A DNA stretch of 63,969 nt, the filler included, from Rhabdomonas costata (lineage: Eukaryota): assembly GCA_019059605.1 (NCBI GenBank). It is 46 parts of 46 records of this genome, joined end to end, with 100 filler letters (N's around TTAATTAATTAA, not from the genome) between each part and the next. Parts side by side here need not be neighbours in the genome. Positions count along the whole stretch, not along the records: positions 1 to 1,294 come from JAHMHO010020363.1; positions 1,395 to 2,688 come from JAHMHO010020364.1; positions 2,789 to 4,082 come from JAHMHO010020365.1; positions 4,183 to 5,476 come from JAHMHO010020366.1; positions 5,577 to 6,870 come from JAHMHO010020367.1; positions 6,971 to 8,265 come from JAHMHO010020368.1; positions 8,366 to 9,656 come from JAHMHO010020369.1; positions 9,757 to 11,049 come from JAHMHO010020370.1; 38 more parts are not named here. One strand, 5' to 3'. Position numbers and translations under genes: made by a program. Positions 1 through 12,619 of this stretch are shown in pieces. Numbering within the stretch: the stretch's first letter is position 1; every line of letters begins with the position of its first letter. The notes beneath the pieces are model-generated. The model was not told the origin of the DNA, made no database searches, and saw only the letters and a program-made list of their open reading frames with translations.

Positions 1-368
1 GGTTGTGTGGATATATGGGAACGAGGCGCTTTGCGGTATTGCCGCGAAAAAAATGCCTCACCTTAAATGTCTTACGTTCTGAGTTCTTTCTAATGACGTC
101 ATTTGTAAGTATACTGCCTTCCCTCAGAAGAAGCGCCATTTTGCGCTCGCAAAGTATGCAATGTTCTCAGCCGCTGCATTGCACTGCTTTTGCGCGGAGA
201 TTAGGCCCGCAGATTAGGCCAACAGGTAGCCGGCAGAGCAGCGCGAGTTATGTTTGCCTTCCCTTCCCTATGTTCGGCTTCCCCGATTGCATGTCCGCCT
301 GGTGAACCCGGGATCGACATAACATCCTTTGCCACTTCGAGTTGGCGTATGTTGCGGGGGGTATGCAG

Positions 369-1231
369 CTTCTGGCTGAGCGCCTGAAGGCGCAGCAGGC
401 CCTCGTGGACCTGGAGCAGGAGCGCGCCCGCACAGAGGGGCTGGAGCACCGGCTGCGGCTGGTCACCTCCACTCAGCAGGAATTTGCGGTGAGAACCCGC
501 TGCAATCGCGTTATCTCCCCCCCCCCCTCGCCTTCTTCTCCCTCGGTGCACCTGATACCAGGTGTCCGCGAGGAATTAACCCACTATGAATTAGCTCTAA
601 CCTTTAGTATTCATCCACGATGGGTTTGGGCAGTGATGATATATGGACTTGGGAAATTTTTCCTGAGATAGAGATTGGAAATTACATTGGCAATTACAGA
701 GTTGCGCAGAATTCAGATGAAAGTATAAAATTTTTGGGCAAAAAGCTTCATACTGAAAGGGTTCCGTAGGAGAGTGCCCGCCTGGGCGTGGCACTGCGGC
801 GATTATCTCGTCATGGTGCGAGTCCAACCGGCCTATCAACCGCACTGCTCGTCCTTAGGAGCTGATGACTTCCAAATGTCATTTTGGACCCCTGCATCGT
901 CAGCTCGACGGTGGCCTTGAAACTCCTGTTTGAATTCCTGGTAGCTCCCCCAAGACTGCGGACTAGCCCCCGTGGAAAGTTTTCGTGTAATAAATTCGCA
1001 GCATTCGGGTATAGCTTGCTCTGGCTCTCTCGCCCACGGTCCCATCTGTTTAAGACCATTCCTTTCTTTCCTGCTTTGGGTGAAGATGTTTATCTGCTGC
1101 AATGTATCGCTTTCCTCCACAATAGGCGCAGAAGGATGATGCCACCGCAGAGCTTGCGCGGCTTCAGGCCCGCGTGGAGTACCTGGAGCAGCAACTGAAG
1201 CTCGTTCAGGACAAGGCCAGGGAGACGACAG
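369..1231 (+). CDS. Two internal exons (369-488, 1126-1231) of an unknown coiled-coil protein
   Basis: AG/GT-bounded, phase-compatible exons: LLAERLKAQQALVDLEQERARTEGLEHRLRL...FA | AQKDDATAELARLQARVEYLEQQLKLVQDKARETT; heptad-like, GC-rich codons. Confidence 0.7.
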
Positions 1232-1294
1232 GTCTCTTTAGACAGCTATTGTGACAATTCTGAATCCTTTACCGTGACGCGGTGGTTACCACAC

Positions 1295-1394
1295 NNNNNN
1301 NNNNNNNNNNNNNNNNNNNNNNNNNNNNNNNNNNNNNNTTAATTAATTAANNNNNNNNNNNNNNNNNNNNNNNNNNNNNNNNNNNNNNNNNNNN
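1295..1394. other. Artificial contig spacer (first of 45)
   Basis: N44 + TTAATTAATTAA (stops in all six frames) + N44, recurring about every 1.39 kb. Confidence 0.99.
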
Positions 1395-3011
1395 GGGGTT
1401 TTTTTGGGCATGCCGCGCTTTACGGTGTTGGTTTTTTGACCATGACTCACGCATCCAACATGCGACAGCCGTACAATATGAAGAACTTCCAAAAACCTAC
1501 AGCTTGAGATAGCAGTTTGGACACCGGAAGCGGAGGAAGTGCTCGGTCTGAAGTCTGCCTTCTCGCTTCTCTCACAGCCGCCCCGTTGCCCTGCGTCAGA
1601 GGGTCCACCCTTTGCAACGCCTGCGGCAAATCTGATTGGCCGCCCCGTTTCGCCTCCCCCGCTTCAGAGAGGACCTGGGGTATGCGTGCTTCTCATTTTC
1701 TACGTTCTGGTTCCCTGTATGTTGGGTTGGGCTCGTGCGGATTGTGGTTTTCTTTAGTTTAGGTGGTCGCGGAGTTCAACGATTTACTGCATTCTTCTTT
1801 TTAGACAGTATTGTCACCTGTGTGTAACACCGAGTGGGGGACCTTTTAACCCGCATACACTCTTAGTGCACGCCGTCCTTTTTGGATGGCGCTAACCTCT
1901 CCACGTTGATGACAAACTGTGTCGCACCTCCTCCGCCGAAGAAACCAGCTCAGGTAAGTTCCTTTTTTGTTTTGATAGTGGAAGTGACTGTCTATGAATG
2001 GGCTTCGCCTTCGCTTTTGCCCGGAACGCAATCTTTCAAAGTTTCGGTTGGAACACTGCGCGTATGTTGGCAGCGGTTGTCGGGACCGTTGCAGGCTTGC
2101 CGAACTCTCAGGGGGAGCGGGGGGTGGGGGGCGGGGAAAATCGGGCGAAATTTGGACTCTCAAGAACGCACACACGCACTGGGACCCGGCTACCTAGAGC
2201 CTACATGGGATGTCAGTTCAACATTCGCGACTACACTTTGCCCGTTTCCAAACGGGTTTCCAAACTCCGAAAGCAGTCAGTGTGGTCAGTATGCTCGACA
2301 AAGGGCTAGGAAGGCTAGTTCAAATGTGCTTTTGCCCTCAGCGGAACGACACCTTTGCTGATTCCAACATGGCGACAGGCCGAGGCTTCAAGGCCTCGGC
2401 TTCAGAAGCCACACCGGATTCTACATCGGGTTGGAGCCCACCGATCACCTCTTTCTCTCACTTTTGTCTCCACGGCTGGACATGCTTTGTCCGCAATGCC
2501 TGCAGTTCACACCCCATGGGCTGTTCCGCAGTCTTCGGATTATCTATACTTGAAGTGGCCTGACTGCTGTCCATTATACGGCTTATCAGTAACTGTCACC
2601 TGACACGGGTGCCGATGACAGCATTCCCGTCCGCCATCCTATAGGGCGCATCCTGTAGGAATCTCCCCCCACACCAAACACACCCACANNNNNNNNNNNN
2701 NNNNNNNNNNNNNNNNNNNNNNNNNNNNNNNNTTAATTAATTAANNNNNNNNNNNNNNNNNNNNNNNNNNNNNNNNNNNNNNNNNNNNTTTTGTTTTGTC
2801 TTCATCTGAGCGCGAACTTACACACTGTCTTTGCTTGCCTGCTGCTCCTGGAAGGACTGCGCTGCATACCGAATTTAAGAACGGGGAAAGGTGCCCCCAT
2901 CAAACTCCAGGCTGTTGGGGCCAGTACGTGATGAACCCGTGCCCCGCGACAGCGAAAAATTATTCGCCTTGTTTTCCCCTTCTCTTAAATTCTGTGTTTC
3001 CTTTTGTGCAG

Positions 3012-3764
3012 GAATCGCAGTTTTGGATGCGGACTGCCACATCGAGCCCGCAGTGTCGGCCATTCGGAAAATTTTGGACCTCGTATGCCTGTATGATTCA
3101 AGCTCAAAAAGAAAGTCAATTTTGTTTGATGGTATACCTTGTGTGTCTGCCCAGGGTACATCTGCGCAGTCCATGGCGAAAGCGGACAGTTTTTTGTTAC
3201 ATACCAAACGCAAGTTTTGAAATCGGCTGTGGATGTGCCTCCACCCTCTGTGGATTATTACCCAGGGGTTTGATTGCTTTGTTTTTTTCGCTCCGTTTTG
3301 CTTGCATTGACACTGCTTATCATCGCTGATGCGCCACGCAGCGTGCGGATCTCAACCCAGTCACCACCCCCGGAAATTAATTCGAAGGTTAGGGTTGCAG
3401 GCCAAGGCAAAACGATATAAACAGTTTTCATTGCCATGGGGCACCAGCAAATCATGACAACTTCTGCCTGGGGACATCATCTCAGCGCAGTTTGGACGCG
3501 ATGGCGACACAGTTCAGATGTAATCATGGTTGATTTTGTGCACGTCAGGTCGGCCGCTCTGAGGTAGTTCTGGGGAAGAGCACCCTGGAGGGGCCTAACC
3601 CCTTTCCCCCGGCCTGGCGGTCCCTGGCCAGCATGACGGACAATCTGCCCGTGCTGAACTCCAGGCCTGGCGAGCCCGCCGCCCAGGTCAGCCCCAAGCC
3701 TGGGCAGCAGGTGCTGGCGGAGACTATCCTGAGCTCCGCTCGCCCAGTCACCCTTGTGATGACG
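3012..3764 (+). CDS. Nucleoside hydrolase (IU-NH family, IAG type), exons 3012-3082 and 3549-3764
   Basis: Spliced GIAVLDADCHIEPAVSAIRKILDL|VGRSEVVLGKSTLEGPNPFPPAWRSLASMTDNLPVLN...GQQVLAETILSSARPVTLVMT matches trypanosomal IAG-NH motifs (DADC, NPFPxxWR, GQQLLA, VTxxxTGP). GT-AG intron 3083-3548. Confidence 0.88.
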
Positions 3765-5994
3765 GTACGTGGTCCGTGGGATTGCCTTTCAGGCTGTGCC
3801 ATATGCAGGGTTGCGAGTGCATTGTGTGTGTATGTGTGCATATGTGAGCCCGTGAAGAGTACCCCAAACCCGCCAGTGGAGCTTCCCAAGGACCTGTGAG
3901 GCAGGGGAGAGTAACAGCAGCGAGGGGAGAAGGGGGTGAGGCCCGATAGGCCCATGCCCCATCGATGGTGGGGAGCGAGGCTTCATTGGGCTTCCCGAGG
4001 GGGTCTGAAGCTTCTGTTTGCTGGTAATTGGCCGACAGAGGTTTGTTGAAAAATTACCAGCAAACAGAAGCTACAAACCCCCNNNNNNNNNNNNNNNNNN
4101 NNNNNNNNNNNNNNNNNNNNNNNNNNTTAATTAATTAANNNNNNNNNNNNNNNNNNNNNNNNNNNNNNNNNNNNNNNNNNNNGGGGGTTGGTTCCTCCTT
4201 CGCAGGGAGAAACCGCCGCTGCAGCTGGGAGGAGTGGAAGTCACAGGTGGAAGTTTGATAGGAGGAATTCCCCTTTGTCGAACTGGAGTCACACAAAACA
4301 CCACGAAAAATTAAAGCATAGTTTGCTGCGCAAAATTTCGTCCCGCACGCCGTCCCGCACGCTGCCAGGGCCTGGAACGTCAAAAGGCTGAGGTTGACTG
4401 TTACCCGTCTGCAGGTGCCTTCGGGAGCGCAGTCCCATCTCATGGTCCCTGTTTAACGGGTGAACCAATAGGATCGAACCCTGCGAAGGAGGAACCCAAG
4501 GCCAAATGTACTGCACGAACGCATGGTACCCCAATGGTATTGAACTTCAGAACTGCCGAAGAACGCTAAAAAAAATGCGGCAGATTTGGATCTTCAATTG
4601 TGTCCCTTGACCCAAGAATAAAAGAAGGAGATTATCAGATTAACATATCTGGCGAAAACGTTGATGCGAAAATGTTATCAAAACAACACTGCTTGCTCGT
4701 TCATACCCCAACTTATGCCCCTCAAGGAGGCGTTTTCTTCAAGGGGGGTTTGCAAAATGCAAGCAGGACTCTCGCACACTCGTCATTTGAGAATGAGCGT
4801 CTCGTCGTAATGATCTCCGGTCTTCTTGTGTTTTGTGGTGACGAAAAACCACACCGGCAAGTTTCATTGCATAAGTGCGTTACAATCCAATGGGATCTAT
4901 CGCGCCGCAGCTTCAGTACTTGGGAGATCTCTTCCTCCTATTAAACTGCATCAGAAAAAAGCAGTTTTGGCCATTTTGGTTTGCGGGTACACATGGGAGT
5001 CGCACATCCCCCCTTATTTGGGATCTTAATCAGGTATTCTTTTCGTTTTTTGACCTGCGCTGCCTTCCTGAGAAGCCGGGAAAGGCCAAGAAGCGAGGCA
5101 CAGCTAACCCTTTCAAGAGAGCGCTGAATACAAGCAAAAACAGGAGCAACATACACCCCAAGAAAAACGAATGGGTAAGTGAAAACGCACGGAAAAGAAC
5201 GGGCAGGAGCCGCGCTGTCCATAGGAAAGACTGCTTCGGCAAAGAATGGACTGAGCTGAAGAATGAGCTAGCTGCTGCGTTTGCACAAGAGCAGTGTTGA
5301 AGAAAGAGCAACCGTATTTGAGGCGAGTCAGCCCAGTTCCTTAGTTCTCCCACGCCGGAGAGTACCCCCCTCCCCCAATAATTAAGATACTCAACCGTTT
5401 TCAAATTGCTTAGTCGAACTCCCCTAAGGGCGGATGTGCTTCTTTCTGCAAGCAGCGGGGCTAAACAAAAAATCACNNNNNNNNNNNNNNNNNNNNNNNN
5501 NNNNNNNNNNNNNNNNNNNNTTAATTAATTAANNNNNNNNNNNNNNNNNNNNNNNNNNNNNNNNNNNNNNNNNNNNCGCTCTCGCTCTCGTGGGTTTGCC
5601 ATGCTTGTTGTCCCAGGAAGTTTTTTGTCTTCTGTTGGCATCATTATTGCGTGGGAGAGGTCCATGATAGCAGTAGACTTCACTCGTGGCTGTTTGCGAG
5701 TGAGCTTTTCTTTCTTTTCTTTTCCGCGCTCGAGAATAGGATACCGCTCCGATTCACTTAGTTTCGTGATGGTTATTTGCATTTACGATTCAAAACGAGT
5801 ATAGGTTTTTATTTTCATCTCCCAGCAAACGCGATAGTATACAATATCGATTTTCTCGTGTTACCATCGTAATTTCAAAATACCATAATGTTTACTTTCG
5901 TCTTGATTATTTCTAATTTATTTATTTTCTATAAAATTTTTTGTGGGGGCTTGTTTTTTCTTTTGAAAGCTCGCTTTGGGTCGTCGCACCCCCG

Positions 5995-6076
5995 GCCCTT
6001 AATCACTGCGAGGTTGGTCAAAGCCAAATACCGGAGCCCTTAATCACTGCGAGCTTGGTCAAAGCCAAAGACCGGA
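5995..6076 (+). repeat. Tandem duplication, 41-bp period, 2 copies
   Basis: gcccttaatcactgcgag(g/c)ttggtcaaagccaaa at 5995 and 6036. Confidence 0.9.
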
Positions 6077-6330
6077 AAGGTGCAAGGTGGGGAATCCGCC
6101 AAGGCGGTCTCCAATTCCGCTCGCTAATAGCGGACTCACAAGAAACAAAGAATACGCGAGTGGAAAGGGAAGGGACCGCGGTGAAACTCGAAGAAGATGG
6201 AACGAATAAACAAGCAAACAAGCGAACACGCAAACAAACCAAAACCCCATCAACCAACCTGCGAATTCATTAACAGGCTGTCGTTTACAATGAGAGATGG
6301 GGGGAGGTCGGGGGCTTTACGGGTCCATCT

Positions 6331-6657
6331 TTACCGGTGAAGAGTCCGGCTCATCGCCGGGAAATGGTGACACACCCACAGGCCCCCGGCCTGTGAATAA
6401 GCTGCCCCTAGCTGCAGAGCCACCGCTTTGCGGAGTGCGACTGCGACTCTCTGCCAGCATTGTTGTTGGAGTTGACCTGGAAACCTCGTGTCGCTATCGC
6501 TCACGAAGCGCTTCACGTACCGTGAGAAGAGCTGAGCCAGAAACCGCTCGCCCTCTTGGCCGTACGCTCCGAAAGTGTCTGTAGCCACGGGAACAAACTC
6601 GAGCCCTGCCTGGGCGCATGGACCATCTGAGTTGTTGTGCTTCGCCGGTTCTGCTTT
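6331..6657 (-). mobile_element. 5'-truncated non-LTR retrotransposon, C-terminus of restriction-like endonuclease (CRE/SLACS-like)
   Basis: KAEPAKHNNSDGPCAQAGLEFVPVATDTFGAYGQEGERFL...CWQRVAVALRKAVA fits the RLE C-terminal pattern (AExxK...C...GxxFxPxxxETFG...QRLSVALQRGNA). AT-rich junction upstream. Confidence 0.75.
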
Positions 6658-6970
6658 TTATCATTTAATTTTTAATATTTATCATTTTTTATCATTTTTT
6701 TTTACACAAAATGGCGAGTCCATCAGAGACCTTTGCCGAGCACGCCCAATAAATTACAGCAAGAAGAGGGCGCGAGCCTCCAACCAGTCTGCTTTAAAGA
6801 AGGGAGGAGGAACCCGTCGAAGACGGTCTCTATCCGCTCCGCCGAAACTGAGTGCAACAAACGGCAACACNNNNNNNNNNNNNNNNNNNNNNNNNNNNNN
6901 NNNNNNNNNNNNNNTTAATTAATTAANNNNNNNNNNNNNNNNNNNNNNNNNNNNNNNNNNNNNNNNNNNN

Positions 6971-8265
6971 AGTAAATCCAAAATTTGTCGGTTCAACCGT
7001 ATAGCTCGGTTCGTCAAACATTGAAAGAAGAAACAACTCAAAGGAAAGGGGCTGTGACCCGGCGTTTCAAAGGAAAACAGAAAGCCCACAAATTCAACAA
7101 TCCATAAAACAAAAATCAAGCTTAATTGGGACAACATTTTAATTAACAAATATTGGTAAACAATGGCGCTTTACACCAATGCAGCGTATAAATATAACCA
7201 CTTTCCTCCCCCACCTTATGCCGACTAAACTCAGTCACCCGCTTCCAGGCCCACCCAATATAGTACAACAAAAACGTTTCTTTCTGGTAGGTCCACTTCC
7301 CATCAGAATTATGCATTTCATTATTGCCATGGCCTCCTCTATCGTTTTTACCCGCAATGCTCAGCAAATTCTTCTTTCAATGAGATGTGATTCTTCCCAA
7401 GGATTGTTGCTTCCAAAGTTTGTGCGAATGCAGTACTTTGGCCCACACGGATTCCATCCAAACACATGTCGGTAGGTCAAAATTGCCATCGAAACAATTT
7501 AATCCACCGAAGTCAGGTACATAATCATATGTGTATGACGTTTGGTTCCAGAATACGGATTATATACATAACCTATATAGCACCCAAATCCAAAGAAGAG
7601 CCACCACCTGATATACAGTCCTGCGGGCTGAGTTGCGAGTAAGTGTTGAGAGATTGCGCGAACACAACAACTAGCGAGCATGAGGCAGCTGATGCAGACG
7701 GGACGCGGCGTCCACAGCATTTTTGTGCTAGTTGTAAAGGCTATCCCAAAATGCGCCACTACATTCAAAAGGAGCCTAACGCTCCCGTGGCGTATACCAA
7801 AGCCAAATCTCTAAATTCATGGTGTCTGTGTGTTGGAATTGGCGTGAGTCTAAAGTTGGATTTGCCGGGTGTGTGGTTTGTAGTGGGACCTTGGGTTGGA
7901 AGTTGGTGCGTAGGTTGGAATTTCGGTCCTTTGTTCGATGATTATGTCGCTGGAAATGAGTCTGAGTTTGGGTGGAAATGACTTGGTTTGTCTATAGCGT
8001 GCGTGTCTTCTTCTAACGAAGCCCCGACGTTGATGGAAAGAAGGGTGATGAGGTCGATTCCGCAATCTTGTGCCGGTTGCGGGGGGTGGGGGTTTGCAGG
8101 ATCAACAAAAAATCTGATGTACAAGCGCTAGGAGCTACAGTAAATCCAAAATTTGTCGGTTCAACCGTATAGCTCGGTTCGTCAAAAATTGAAAGAAGAA
8201 ACAACTCAAAGGAAAGGGGCTGTGACCCGGCGTTTCAAAGGAAAACAGAAAGCCCACAAATTCAA
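6971..8265. repeat. Contig with 127-bp direct terminal repeats (6971-7097, 8139-8265), 1168-bp period
   Basis: The copies are identical except for one substitution (C at 7019 versus A). Confidence 0.9.
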
Positions 8266-11149
8266 NNNNNNNNNNNNNNNNNNNNNNNNNNNNNNNNNNN
8301 NNNNNNNNNTTAATTAATTAANNNNNNNNNNNNNNNNNNNNNNNNNNNNNNNNNNNNNNNNNNNNGTGGTGGGGGGTCATTGGGTTCACCAAACGTTGCG
8401 CTCATCGCTGAGCCAGTGGCCAGTGGAGTTTTCGAGCCACAGCCTCCTTCCTCCCAACTTTTGTTCAGCCGCGTCAAGGTGTGTACCAACGGGGTGGTCT
8501 ACTCCACATATCTGATGCTTCCTCCGGAGCTTCTGGCCCGGGAGTACTTCAGGAAAGTCGACGTCAGCCATCCCGTGGTGTGAATGCGCGCGTTCGCCCT
8601 GTGTGCCCCCCTCCGCTCACCCTTGTGCAGCCATGATTTTTGAATGCATTGGTTTTGGACAACGAAATGGACAATCCGGTGGCAAATCTGGGGGTTTGGG
8701 GAGGAGAGGGATTAATAATGATGTTATTGTGTCCCTTCTTCCCGGCCCCCGGGGACCTTTCGCCGCAGCTTTCAATTGTCTTCTTGTTTGTTCTTTTCCT
8801 AATGAGCCCACGCAAACGGCGCCGGACGCGACGTTTTGTTTTCCGATGACGGGGGTCGCTGTGGCTGTGATGTGGGTTGCTGCAAATGCATTTCATGTAT
8901 GGTCAGGAGGTGGGAACTGAGAATAGTTTAGCCTGTAGTTTGCTTAAAGTTGAAATCGGTTATATATTGGGGTCAGGTTGCCACTGTGGCTGCCTCGATT
9001 GCACCTCCGGCTCCCCCCGAGGAGTCCAAGCCCGTTGAAAGAAAGGAAGCCCTACCGGAGGGGGACCAACCACTAGACCAGCGCGAAGACTCGGCCATTC
9101 TGAACGACATTGAATCCTACTCTGATGCTGGGTGCCGCTGCCCCCCCCCTCTCGACCTCTTTGCTCGCTGGTCTTTCTTGTCGTTTGCGAATGGACGACA
9201 ATGAGTGGATGAGCGGGGTTACCTCTTGTGCGTGGCATGGCTGCGTTCGCGGAAGTTAGCAAAAAGAAAAAGAGGGGGGGGGGTAAGTGTGCGACTCCGT
9301 GGAAATAGGATCAGGGCGTCCTGCATTGAAGGTCAAAGTCAGGCTTTGGCCCAGATGCTTTAATTGGGGCACCTGGGTCACCATACACTTCAAACGTATC
9401 ACTTTTGCATTGCAGCGATTAAACCGGAACCTGTCTCCTCAAGGAATTGCGTTTGGGTGGAGGGTTAGAAGTTGTGGATTTTGGACCATTCAAATCGGGT
9501 CTTGAAATTATGGCACAGCAGAGGGTTTAACAGAAATTATTGGGCCTTTCATTTTTCTGGATACTGTCATTACGGCACTGTTCCTGATAAGAGAAAGAGC
9601 TGTGGACGGACTCCTTATCCGCCTGCTAGCAACTATTTCTTTGTGCACCCCAAAAANNNNNNNNNNNNNNNNNNNNNNNNNNNNNNNNNNNNNNNNNNNN
9701 TTAATTAATTAANNNNNNNNNNNNNNNNNNNNNNNNNNNNNNNNNNNNNNNNNNNNTGGTACCATGGGTAGGCCGGTACCCACGAGGGTTCTCATGACAA
9801 CTGCCGGCAGGCTGACTCATCTCCAGCTGGGTCTTTCGCCAGTGCTCGGCACCTTCGTTGTAGCCCTCCCGAAGTGCATCCAACTCAGCCTTCATGGGCA
9901 CCGGCCTACCCATGGTACCACCGAGAACCCGCTCGACAAAGGACTCTGATAATCTGACCCCATCGAGGAGGTCAGAGCCCCCGAGCACCAGCGAAGGCTC
10001 CACCTCCACCGTGAGTACATGACTGGTGGAGGTGGTAACGGGGTTTCCCGAGTCGAAGGTGATGCCAATCGACCCGCTACCACAGTCATTGGGAGCGAAC
10101 CCGGAGCTTCTTCGGGGCTCATCAGCCGCCGAGAGCAGGCACACAGAGGTGGTGTGCCCTTCCCCTTCCACCTGCGGCTCCACCTTTTGAGAAGCTTCTC
10201 CATTCACGCCGCTCTCTTCGAAAGAGCGCGAATTCTGGATGGGAGGGTAAGCAGAACCACGGATGGGCTCCAGGCTGACGCTCGGAAAGTATTGCTGCCC
10301 TGCGAGTCCAGCAGGACCTGCAGCGCTGTCAGGGCGGTCGTCAGGGGAGTTCGGATGTCATGGCTCACGGAGGCTATGGATGACGGGGCATCGATGGATC
10401 TGCTCTGCAGGCTGTCCGCGTCAGAGTGGCGGCGAGGAGTGAGCTCCTCGGGAGGGCCGGAAGAGGATTCTGCAGCATCAGGCTCAGGAAGCATCCAGCT
10501 TTTGTGTGAAATGAACATAATGGTGGCTTCGTTGAGGGATGGGAGGGGAGGGGCACCTTTGACGCATGAATGCAACATTGCTTGTGTCGAACACTTCATT
10601 AGAGGGTCTGAAAGAATCTATGGCCAGATGAGGATTTCTCTTATGCTTCATATGCGCCGCTCCCGCCCTGCAAAGGCGACCCGAAACCCATCCTCCGTGT
10701 GCCATTGAAAAGGCCCCAAAGGACCCTTGGGACGGTTCTTCGAAAAAAGATGCATCATTGTAAGTCTGCGAGCCCGGGGTCTACAATTTGCTCTTTTTTT
10801 TTTACGCGGAGGCAGAGAGAATGGGACACCGTTCAAAACTCATTGCAGAAGTTGAGTGAAGCAACATAGGCGAGATACCGGAGAACTTTGATGCGGTTCA
10901 CCGCCTTGTTCAGGCTCTCCACCTGTCTCAGGTATCGGGCTTGCTGCTCGTCTAGCCTGCGCTTCATGCTAAGGTACCCACGAGGGTTCTCATGACAACT
11001 GCCGGCAGGCTGACTCATCTCCAGCTGGGTCTTTCGCCAGTGCTCGGCANNNNNNNNNNNNNNNNNNNNNNNNNNNNNNNNNNNNNNNNNNNNTTAATTA
11101 ATTAANNNNNNNNNNNNNNNNNNNNNNNNNNNNNNNNNNNNNNNNNNNN

Positions 11150-12442
11150 GTGGTGGGGTGCGAGGAGGAAATGGAGCAGGTTTTCTTCGCTTATGACCGC
11201 AGGCTTCGCAGCTTTTTCCGCGAGGTGCACTTCGAGGATTTCGAGGAAAGCGAGCTTAGCGTCATCTGGGAGACGATGGCTCGGGAGAGAGGCTGGAGCA
11301 GCCCAGCGAAGCTCTCGGTTTTGGCGGCCCGCCGCATTTCGAAAGGTCGCCAGCAGAGTGGCTTCGGCAATACCTGGGTGGTACGAAAAGCGCTGGATGA
11401 GGCCGTCCGTAGAGCAATGAATCGGCGTGACAGCGGCCCCGAGAAGATTTTCGAAGCCTCAGACATCATCGGAGAGAGCCCTCTGAAGGACGAGAAGCTG
11501 CAGAAGGTGCTGGATGAGGTGGAGTCCATTGTCGGCTGCGGCTCGGCAAAGATGACGTTTCGAAGCCTGCTATCGGAGTGCGAGGAGAACTACCGGCGAG
11601 AGCTTGCAGGCGAGGTTCCCAGTGTCGTTTCAGTCCATCGGCTTTTCCTGGGAAATCGCGGGACTGGGAAAAGCTCCTTTGCACGCTTGTACGCCCGGGC
11701 ATTGAAGCATCTCCGTCTTCTTCCCACAGACGAAGTGGTTTTCAAGACTTCCCTGGAGTTCACGGGGCCCACTTTGGAGGAATCCAAAGCCCGGGTGTCG
11801 GCATGCCTCAAAGCAGTGCGAGGAAAGCTTTTGGTTGTCGAGGAGGCAGAGGTCTTCGATGAGACGATCATGGGACGAAAAGTGCTTGAGTTTCTGGCAT
11901 CGTCTCTGCGTGACAACACGGCTGCTGTGCTTTTCGGTCCGGCCGAAGAGATGAAGAGGATGATGCAAGCCCAGCCCGCTGATGTGACGATGAAGTTTGT
12001 CCCCTCAAAGGCCTTCGTATTTGAGGATTTTACGGAGGCGGAGCTGGGTGCGAACCTGAGCCGTCTTATTGCTCAGCGGCAGTTGCGAGTCAGCGCCAAG
12101 TTCCTGGCGGAGGCTGAGAAGGTGCTTTCACAAGGGAGACACCACACCAATTTCAGCAACTCCAAAGCCATCGAGGCTCTTCTGGAGGAAGCCACTCGGC
12201 GCGCGCTTTCCCGCAAGGGTTCCCAGGTCGTCCTTCTTGCGGAGGATCTTGGTCTGGGGGAAGACCCATTGGCGCCGTTGTCCAATTTCCTTGCTGAGGC
12301 CGAGCCACTGCGGGACTTCTTGGCCAAGTTCAGCGAGGAGACTGCCGCCGCCAGCAAGTCCGGCACACCCCCACCCACGTTGGGCCACTTCGTGCTTCGA
12401 GCTTCGCCGACTTCTGCTCCCTTCGCCATCGTCCGAGCCTTG
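11150..12442 (+). CDS. Tandem CbbX/SpoVK-like AAA+ protein (internal fragment, no introns)
   Basis: Lid motif GFGNTWVVR, then ESIVGCGSAK, Walker A HRLFLGNRGTGKS, Walker B-like LLVVEEA, FVFEDFTEAEL, NFSN lid, then the start of a further module (LGHFVLRASPTS). Confidence 0.85.
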
Positions 12443-12619
12443 NNNNNNNNNNNNNNNNNNNNNNNNNNNNNNNNNNNNNNNNNNNNTTAATTAATTAANN
12501 NNNNNNNNNNNNNNNNNNNNNNNNNNNNNNNNNNNNNNNNNNGGGGTTGTGTACTATCATTTCTCTTTGTCTTGTTGGACCGTTGAGCAGTGTGCCTTTC
12601 AGCATTTTTGGATTTCCAG

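Noticed and set aside
9757..11049. ~77-bp direct repeat near both ends and 130-230 aa ORFs
   Set aside because: The start also carries a fold-back, so chimeric or assembly origin is likely; the ORFs show no recognisable family.
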